Origin: an uncultured Alphaproteobacteria bacterium
GTDB lineage: Bacteria > Pseudomonadota > Alphaproteobacteria > JAJFIK01
Direction: 5' to 3'
NCBI GenBank assembly: GCA_964531285.1
Contig: CAZHDI010000010.1
Location: 1-59,702, forward strand
DNA length: 59,702 bases
Part shown: one piece after another, positions 19,507-26,546 of the stretch
Position numbering within the stretch: the first letter of the stretch is position 1
Layout: each line of letters opens with the position of its first letter
Notes under the pieces: generated by a model
What the model was told of the DNA's origin: nothing
Seen by the model: only the letters and a program-made list of their open reading frames with translations
Databases searched by the model: none
Position numbers and translations under genes: made by a program

Positions 19507-19974
19507 ATGATGCCGGCCGGGCCGATCGCACAATACCGGATCGCCAGCACATTTCATGCTGTTCGCACCTTGCTCACTGATCTGGGTGACCGTCTTTCCG
19601 GGCAGGTCGATGAAGCAACACTTGCGCGGCTTGAACTATGCTTGGCCGAAGCGCTGAACAACATAGTCGAGCACGGATATCAGGAAAATCCGAATGGCGA
19701 GATCCTGGTGGATACGGACTGGGACGGCGAGGCGGTGCGGACCCGTATCACGGATTTTGGCCGATCCAGTCAAGACGCAAACGGAGCATATCCGGAACCG
19801 GTCCAGGGGCAGCCGGACGATTTGAAAGAGGGTGGGTATGGACTGTCCCTCATTCATACGATTGCCTCGCGCATTGACTATAACTCCGAGGGCGGCCGGA
19901 ATACAACGACGATCTGGCAATCCATAGGGGCAGTGTACCCCGATACGCAGACGGAACGCTTCCCGCAAGCTTAG
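19507..19974 (+). CDS. GHKL anti-sigma-type serine kinase (RsbW/SpoIIAB-like)
   Basis: N-box EALNNIVEHG and G-box GGYGLSLI. ATG at 19507 lies 1 nt after the upstream TAG. The track ORF (19315) overlaps the previous gene out of frame. Confidence 0.85.
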   Translation: MMPAGPIAQYRIASTFHAVRTLLTDLGDRLSGQVDEATLARLELCLAEALNNIVEHGYQENPNGEILVDTDWDGEAVRTRITDFGRSSQDANGAYPEPVQGQPDDLKEGGYGLSLIHTIASRIDYNSEGGRNTTTIWQSIGAVYPDTQTERFPQA

Positions 19975-20064
19975 CGTTTCAAGCTGTGGGTGTTTGTATC
20001 AAGCCGGCGGTCCGGCATGCCGTTTCGTATATCCCCCAACCGGTTTATGCGTCCGGCTGAACCC

Positions 20065-20408
20065 GATGAACTCTTTCCGCTAATACGCGGCCGGATTGCA
20101 AAGACCCATTTGCGGGACGGCGGCGGCGTCGATGCGGTCAGTACGTGACGGTGACGTCATCGGGACGTCGTGCTGACGGACTGGTCCATGCCGGCTATGG
20201 GCGGTTTTAGGGCAACTGTCCGGATACGCCAATATAAAGCCGAGCACGACTACAGGCCGGCGAAAATCCTTGATCTGAGTGCCAATGCCATAACCGAGTA
20301 ACGGGAAGAAGGTCTTGCGGTTGGAATGGACCGGTATCTGAGCAAGCCTATTGTGAAGGGGGATCTGCTCGCCGCGTCTACGCCGCCCAACATCCATCGT
20401 TCGCTTAA
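20065..20408 (+). pseudogene. decayed response-regulator receiver domain (three in-frame stops)
   Basis: One frame reads ...GVDAVST*R*RHRDVVLTDWSMPAMGGFRATVRIRQY...ILDLSANAITE*REEGLAVGMDRYLSKPIVKGDLL. The REC hallmarks (acceptor D, S/T, K) are kept. The frame is broken by TGA at 20146, TGA at 20152 and TAA at 20299, and the N-terminal DD strand is missing. Confidence 0.6.
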
Positions 20409-20471
20409 CCCTCTATTCTCCGCTGGCGTCTTATCCTTTGAGGGCAGGACATTATCGACCGGCGGGCGAGG

Positions 20472-22313
20472 GTGCGCGTGACGCAGTTTTACTTTGAGGC
20501 CTATGAGGACCGGGTGCCGGACCCACCGGTGCCCTACTCGATGATACGCGAGATGCTTTGGCAGTTTCTCGCGACCCTGAGTCTTGCAGTCGGAGGATGG
20601 TACATCCTGTGGCGGTGGACCGAGTCGCTCAATATGGACGCACTTTGGTTTGCCATTCCGCTCGCGACTGCCGAGACTTGCGCATTTATCGGTCTCATCC
20701 TGTTCTATATCAATCTGTGGTCGACAAGAGATCCGGAGCGTCAGCCTGCGCCCTATCTGAAAAGCGAATGCGGTATCGCCAACAGTGCGCCGGATGAGCC
20801 GATCTCGGTCGATATCTTTTTTACGAGCTATGATGAGGATCCCGAACTTGTTCGGTTGAGCCTTCGGGACGCGAAGCGCGTCTATTATCCGCATCCCATC
20901 GATATTCGCATTCATGTCCTGGACGATGGTCGCCGTGAGGCCATGCGGACGGTTGCCGAGGAAGAGCAGGTCGGCTACATCACCCGATCGAACAATGTTG
21001 GGTTCAAGGCTGGAAATCTGCGTAATGGCCTTGAGAAAACATCGGGTGATTTCATCGTGATCTGCGACGCGGACACCCGCCCGTTTCCCACGCTTCTTGA
21101 TCACACCCTGGGGTATTTCAGAGATCCAAATGTCGCTTGGGTTCAAACCCCGCAATGGTTTTTCGACCTTCCTGCAGGCCGTACCCTTGACCGAATCTGG
21201 GAGGATTATGCCGGTCCGCTCGGCCGGGTCGCGGGAAAAGGTATTCAGTCGATCTTTGGGCAGATCACTTTGGGCAAGGATCCTTTCGATAACGATCCCA
21301 AGATGTTTTATGATGTGATCCAGCGCCGCAGGAATGCGCATAACGCCTCATTCTGTTGCGGGGCAGGGTCGATCCATCGCCGGGAAGCCGTGATGGATGC
21401 CGCTTTGAAGGCCTATGCTAACCAAATCGGCCGGTCGGTCGACACGGTGGCCCAAACGGTGGACGATCCGGACCTGCGCCGGGCTCTGCGCAGCGAAATG
21501 GTTCGGGCTCATGTTCGCGACACGGAGTTTACCCCCTACAAGTTTCACGTTTCCGAGGATATCTACACGTCAATTGTGCTCCACGGTGACAAGGATCGGC
21601 GCTGGAAGTCCGTTTTTCATCCAGATGTCGAAACCAAGATGCTCTCGCCGCAGGACCTGCAAGCCTGGACCGTACAGCGCTTCAAATATGCCGGCGGCTC
21701 CCTCGACATCGCTCTTCATGACAACCCGATCCTGACATCCGATATGACGGTCGGCCAGAAACTCATGTATGCCGCGACGTTCTGGTCTTATCTGTCGGGG
21801 CTTTGGAACATCGTGTTTTTATCCGCACCGATCATTTATTTGTTTACCGGTATCGCTCCGGTGGAGGCCTATTCCCACGACTTTTTTGTCCGCATTATTG
21901 CCTTTCTGATTCTGAATGAACTGGCCATGATGGTCGGCACTTGGGGCGTGGAAAACTATCGCGGCAAAGCATATTATCTGGCGTTCTTCCCCCTCAACCT
22001 TCGCGCGCTCTGGACCGTTCTGCGCAGCCAAAAGATCAAGTTCCCGACGACGCCTAAGGAGCGTCAGGACGGGACCTTCCTTTTTCTTGTCCGCCCCCAG
22101 CTGGCTGTCATGATCCTGACGGCCATTGCGATCGTCTACGGCTTCTTCTCATGGCTACAATCGGGGTCCTATAGCGATCTGAGCGCCTATATCGCGAATG
22201 TATTCTGGGGACTGAACAACATTCTTTCATTGGGCGTGATCGTGACAGCCGCACTTTGGAAGCCGCCGACTGAGAAGCCCGAGTTCGCGCCTCTGGCGCT
22301 GAAAGAGGTTTGA
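20472..22313 (+). CDS. processive family-2 glycosyltransferase, cellulose-synthase (BcsA)-like, no PilZ domain
   Basis: TM helices flank a GT-A domain: FFTSYDEDP, VLDDG, ICDADT, QTPQWF, FCCGAGSIHRR, SEDIYTS (the TED equivalent), QRFKYAGG (the QxxRW equivalent), FPTTPKE. GTG start. Ends right after the last TM helix. Confidence 0.9.
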   Translation: MRVTQFYFEAYEDRVPDPPVPYSMIREMLWQFLATLSLAVGGWYILWRWTESLNMDALWFAIPLATAETCAFIGLILFYINLWSTRDPERQPAPYLKSECGIANSAPDEPISVDIFFTSYDEDPELVRLSLRDAKRVYYPHPIDIRIHVLDDGRREAMRTVAEEEQVGYITRSNNVGFKAGNLRNGLEKTSGDFIVICDADTRPFPTLLDHTLGYFRDPNVAWVQTPQWFFDLPAGRTLDRIWEDYAGPLGRVAGKGIQSIFGQITLGKDPFDNDPKMFYDVIQRRRNAHNASFCCGAGSIHRREAVMDAALKAYANQIGRSVDTVAQTVDDPDLRRALRSEMVRAHVRDTEFTPYKFHVSEDIYTSIVLHGDKDRRWKSVFHPDVETKMLSPQDLQAWTVQRFKYAGGSLDIALHDNPILTSDMTVGQKLMYAATFWSYLSGLWNIVFLSAPIIYLFTGIAPVEAYSHDFFVRIIAFLILNELAMMVGTWGVENYRGKAYYLAFFPLNLRALWTVLRSQKIKFPTTPKERQDGTFLFLVRPQLAVMILTAIAIVYGFFSWLQSGSYSDLSAYIANVFWGLNNILSLGVIVTAALWKPPTEKPEFAPLALKEV

Positions 22314-22315
22314 CA

Positions 22316-23644
22316 ATGACATTCACCAAAGGCGTTATGCGTGCCCGCAGTCACATCGTCTTTCTGGTCGGTCTGTGTGCGGCCTTCACACTGATTGTCC
22401 ATCTCGATGCTCTTGGTGCCCGGCAGCGTCCGATCTCGATTGATGTCTTCGAGATTGCTACATCGGAGCAGTCGGCTCCGGCGAAGCCGGTCGGTGCACT
22501 GACCGCTCAGGAAGAAGCGGCTGCGCAAACAGCATGGGTTTACTTCGAGAATAACCTCCAACCGGAGACAGGATTGGTAAACTCCGTTGACGGATATCCG
22601 TCGACGACCATGTGGGACCAGGCCTCCTACATGCTCGCGCTGATTTCGGCGTATCGGCTTGATGTCATCGACTCGAGCATGTTCGACCGGCGAATGACGA
22701 GCCTTTTGACGGCCCTTGCGGCGCTTCCCTTGTTCGACGGCGCGCTCCCGAACAAGGCGTACTCAACCACGTCACTCGCCATGACCGATTATGAAGGTCA
22801 AGTCAGTGAACGGGGCATTGGCTGGTCGGCGCTGGATATCGGACGGATCATGGTGCCGCTCAATATTGTGGTCTGGAATTATCCGCGCTATGCCGGCCTC
22901 GTCAAAGACGTCGTCCAGCACTGGCAGATCGACGCTATGCTGGATGATGGATTTATGATTGGAACACGGACCGATGCGAGTGACAGAACGGAGCGCGTTC
23001 AGGAGGGTCGGATCGGATACGAGGAGTATGCCGCCGCGTCTCTGGGGCTTCTGGGCTATGACGCGAAGCGAGCCGGCAGCTACACGGACTTTCTCCAATT
23101 CGAGCCGATTTACGGTGTCGATGTACCGGTCGATGTGCGCGACGTCAGGAGCTATGGGGCTCATAACTATGTGGTGAGTGAGCCCTACATTCTGGCCGCA
23201 CTGGAATATGGGTGGACATCGGATATGCAGGAATTTGCCTATCGCGTTTATGCGGCGCAGGAACAGCGCTTCCGCCGGACAGGACAACTCACTGCGGTCA
23301 GTGAGGACAATGTCGATCGGCCGCCGTATTTTGTCTACAACACGGTTTTTGCGAATGGGCGGCGCTGGAACACGATCTCCGAGGACGGAGAAGATGTGAG
23401 CGACTTACGCTCTGTTAGCACTAAGGCAGCATTCGGTTGGTACGTTCTTTATCCTAATGACTATACCACCCGGCTCGTCGAAAAGGTCATTGCGCTGTCC
23501 GATCCGGAGAAGGGCTTCTATTCCGGGTGGTATGAAGTGCTCGATGAACCGAACACGGCCATCACGGCCAACACCAATGGAATCATTCTGCAAAGCTTGC
23601 ACTTCAAGAAGTTCGGCAAGCTCGTTCAGCTTTATACGGACTAA
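22316..23644 (+). CDS. periplasmic (alpha/alpha)6-glycosidase-like / DUF3131-like protein, paralogue 1
   Basis: Signal anchor. AWVYFENN...TGLVNSVDGYPSTTMWDQASY ... LPNKAY ... QEGRIGYEEYAA ... AHNYVVSEPY ... PPYFVYNTVF. ATG lies 2 nt after the GT2 stop, with RBS GAAAGAGG. Confidence 0.75.
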   Translation: MTFTKGVMRARSHIVFLVGLCAAFTLIVHLDALGARQRPISIDVFEIATSEQSAPAKPVGALTAQEEAAAQTAWVYFENNLQPETGLVNSVDGYPSTTMWDQASYMLALISAYRLDVIDSSMFDRRMTSLLTALAALPLFDGALPNKAYSTTSLAMTDYEGQVSERGIGWSALDIGRIMVPLNIVVWNYPRYAGLVKDVVQHWQIDAMLDDGFMIGTRTDASDRTERVQEGRIGYEEYAAASLGLLGYDAKRAGSYTDFLQFEPIYGVDVPVDVRDVRSYGAHNYVVSEPYILAALEYGWTSDMQEFAYRVYAAQEQRFRRTGQLTAVSEDNVDRPPYFVYNTVFANGRRWNTISEDGEDVSDLRSVSTKAAFGWYVLYPNDYTTRLVEKVIALSDPEKGFYSGWYEVLDEPNTAITANTNGIILQSLHFKKFGKLVQLYTD

Positions 23645-23656
23645 AGGATAGCGCGG

Positions 23657-25153
23657 ATGCGGGGCAGTCTGAAACAGGCGGCGAACGCTTTGTCTTGTAC
23701 ACGCCGCATTGGTGCGCTTGGTGCGCTCGCTCTGCTCATTGCCTGTACCGGACCCGATGCGTGGTTACTTGACGAAAGTGATGACCTCATACCGCACGCG
23801 GCTGACCTGAGACGGGATGGCTTCGGTCCGCGACGGTCTTATCCAACGCGGCGGGGGCCGTTGACCGAGCGCGAGATGGACATGGCTCGGATCGCCTGGA
23901 CCTATTTCGAGAATAACATGCAGGAGGCAACGGGCCTCGTAAACGCCGTGAATGATTATCCGTCTACAACTCTTTGGGATACAGCATCCTATCTTGGCGG
24001 CATGGTGGCGGCCTACGAATTGGGCATCATCGATCGAAACGAGTTTTCACGGCGTCTTGTGAAGATACTCGGTACACTGAACAGTATGGACTTCTTCCGA
24101 GGGGAGCTTCCCAATAAGGTCTACAATACCCAAACGGCCGAGAAGGTGAATTACGCCAATCAACCGGGCGAGATCGGGTTCTCGGCGCTCGATCTTGGCC
24201 GGCTGCTGATTTGGCTCGAGATCATCAAGAACCGCTATCCGGAACGGGCCAATGCGATCGATACCTTTGTCCTGCGCTGGAATTTCTGTAACGTCGTCGA
24301 TAATCGCGGCATGATGTACGGCGCCATCGTCGGCCCTGATAATGAGACACAGTATGTCCAGGAAGGCCGGCTCGGTTATGAAGAGTATGCGGCGAAGGGA
24401 TTTCAGCTTTGGGACATCGATACCGATCTTGCCTCCCGTCCGGAACCCTACAGCATTCTGACGACGTATGGCGTCAAAGTCCCCTATGATTCGCGGGATC
24501 CACGCACGTTGGATGCGCATAACTATGTGGTGTCGGAAAGTTATGTGCTGGACGGTATTGAGCTGAACTGGGATCACGCAGACGACACGACGTCCAGCGA
24601 CCGGCATCACAGCGATCGTATCGCCGAGAAGTTCGGCAATCTCATCTATGAAGCCCAGGTTGCCAGATACCGGGCGACAGGCATCTTAACGGCGCGTACC
24701 GAGCATCAACTCGCCGAGCCGCCCTACTTCGTTTATGATACGATCTATACGGACGGCTATGCGTGGAACACTATCACCGAAGACGGAAAGCATGTCCCGC
24801 AATTCGCTGCGATAGCGCTAAAGGGGGCCCTTGGGATGTGGGCGGTTTGGGAGACGGAGTACACGGACCTCCTGTTCGATACGATTGCCGATCTTTATCA
24901 TCCTGAGAAGGGATTCTACGAGGGCATCTTTGAAAATGGCAGTGGGGTGATCGAGACATATACGTCCAATAATAACGGTATCATGCTCGAGGCGCTTCTT
25001 TATAAGGCGCAGGGGAAGCTTTTACGTCCGTCAACGGAGAAGACAATCTGGGATCAGACGATGCGGGACAACTTCCTGTGGGACCGGCACAATGGTAAAG
25101 CCAAGTGCTATCCGCGCAAGAGGTTGGAGGGCACGAATGAGCCGGAGAATTAA
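23657..25153 (+). CDS. DUF3131-like lipoprotein, paralogue 2
   Basis: Lipobox LLIAC. AWTYFENN...TGLVNAVNDYPSTTLWDTASY ... QEGRLGYEEYAA ... AHNYVVSESY ... PPYFVYDTIY. Confidence 0.75.
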   Translation: MRGSLKQAANALSCTRRIGALGALALLIACTGPDAWLLDESDDLIPHAADLRRDGFGPRRSYPTRRGPLTEREMDMARIAWTYFENNMQEATGLVNAVNDYPSTTLWDTASYLGGMVAAYELGIIDRNEFSRRLVKILGTLNSMDFFRGELPNKVYNTQTAEKVNYANQPGEIGFSALDLGRLLIWLEIIKNRYPERANAIDTFVLRWNFCNVVDNRGMMYGAIVGPDNETQYVQEGRLGYEEYAAKGFQLWDIDTDLASRPEPYSILTTYGVKVPYDSRDPRTLDAHNYVVSESYVLDGIELNWDHADDTTSSDRHHSDRIAEKFGNLIYEAQVARYRATGILTARTEHQLAEPPYFVYDTIYTDGYAWNTITEDGKHVPQFAAIALKGALGMWAVWETEYTDLLFDTIADLYHPEKGFYEGIFENGSGVIETYTSNNNGIMLEALLYKAQGKLLRPSTEKTIWDQTMRDNFLWDRHNGKAKCYPRKRLEGTNEPEN

Positions 25154-26546
25154 AGTACTCTGGCTGGTTGTTGTCCTGTCAATGGGTGTGTCGTTGACCG
25201 GATGCGGTGTTGCCTATCGCGGACTGGAGACAGCAGCCACGAGCCTTGCGCAGTCGTCGCTCTGGTATGTTGGCCGCCGAGGACCGCTGTCGGAGAAGGA
25301 ACTGTCCTGGGCTCGAACGGCCTGGACATATTTCGAGAACAATTACCATCCGCAAACCGGGCTCGTCAATGGCGCCGACCGCTACCCGGTCGTCAGTATG
25401 TGGCATGTCGGCGATTATCTCGCCGCGCTCCATAGCGCCCGCCAACTTGGTATCATTGAAGAGCGGATATACGATCAGCGTTTGAGTGCTGTCCTGGCCC
25501 GTCTCTCCGGACTGCCGCTGGCCTTCGGCGAATTGCCGAACACGCTCTACAATGCGCAAAGCGGAGTGATGGTGAACTATGCCAATCAACCGGAGGAAAT
25601 CGGTTGGGCGATTATCGATATTGGCAGGGTCCTCATATGGCTGAGTATCGTGAAAGCGGATGTTCCTCATTTCGCGGAGTATATCGACAGGATTGTCTTG
25701 CGATGGTCGTTCTGCAAGGCCCTTGACGATGAGGGGCGTCTTCAAAGCGCCGTAAAGATCAATGACCGCCTACAGACGATCCCTGAGACAACCATCGGAT
25801 ATACCGATTACGCACAAACGGGCTTCAGGCTCTGGGGACTTTCGACGGTGCCCCGCTTGATGTCAGACCCGGATAACCGCGTCGATATTTTTGGTATCTC
25901 CTTTCCGCTCGACAGTGATTGGGCCCGCCAGTCCGGTACCTACGGGGCGCTGGTATCGGCGCCGTTTCTTTATGCGGGCCTTGAGACACATTGGGATTTT
26001 CCGGTGGCGTTGGGAGCGGCCGATGCTCAGAGTGCCTTCTTTCGTGATCTTGCCAACCGGGTCTATGATGTTCAGGAAAGCAGGTTCGAGCTTGAAGGTA
26101 TCTCAACAGCACGAACCGACCATCAACTCAGCCGTCCGCCATTCTATGTGCAGGATTCCATTTTCGGGGCCGGTTATCCGTGGTCGACATTATCCGATAA
26201 CGGGGAGAACAGACCAGACCTCGCCCTTGTGTCGACACGGGCCGTATTCGGCATGTGGGCACTGTGGAATACATCCTATACCGATCATCTCATGCGGCTG
26301 ATTGAGCCGCTTTTCGATCCGCAACGCGGTTGGTTCGAGGGTCGATACGAGAACAGCGCGGGGTATGAACCCATGATCACCTTATCGACCAATACAATGG
26401 TGCTCCAGGCGCTTGCCTTTAAACAGAACGGTCGCCTGTTTCAGCCGGTTCGCAAGAAGAGCCTCATCGGTCATGTCCTATCCGATGCATTCCGGGTTAC
26501 CGGACAGTGTCTTGCGAATCGTCGGGAGGATGACGACGATGCGTAA
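25137..26546 (+). CDS. DUF3131-like lipoprotein, paralogue 3 (most divergent)
   Basis: Lipobox SLTGC. AWTYFENN...TGLVNGADRYPVVSMWHVGDY. Conserved acidic blocks are altered (PETTIGYTDYAQ, LVSAPF). The start overlaps the paralogue 2 stop by 17 nt. Confidence 0.75.
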   Translation: MSRRIKVLWLVVVLSMGVSLTGCGVAYRGLETAATSLAQSSLWYVGRRGPLSEKELSWARTAWTYFENNYHPQTGLVNGADRYPVVSMWHVGDYLAALHSARQLGIIEERIYDQRLSAVLARLSGLPLAFGELPNTLYNAQSGVMVNYANQPEEIGWAIIDIGRVLIWLSIVKADVPHFAEYIDRIVLRWSFCKALDDEGRLQSAVKINDRLQTIPETTIGYTDYAQTGFRLWGLSTVPRLMSDPDNRVDIFGISFPLDSDWARQSGTYGALVSAPFLYAGLETHWDFPVALGAADAQSAFFRDLANRVYDVQESRFELEGISTARTDHQLSRPPFYVQDSIFGAGYPWSTLSDNGENRPDLALVSTRAVFGMWALWNTSYTDHLMRLIEPLFDPQRGWFEGRYENSAGYEPMITLSTNTMVLQALAFKQNGRLFQPVRKKSLIGHVLSDAFRVTGQCLANRREDDDDA

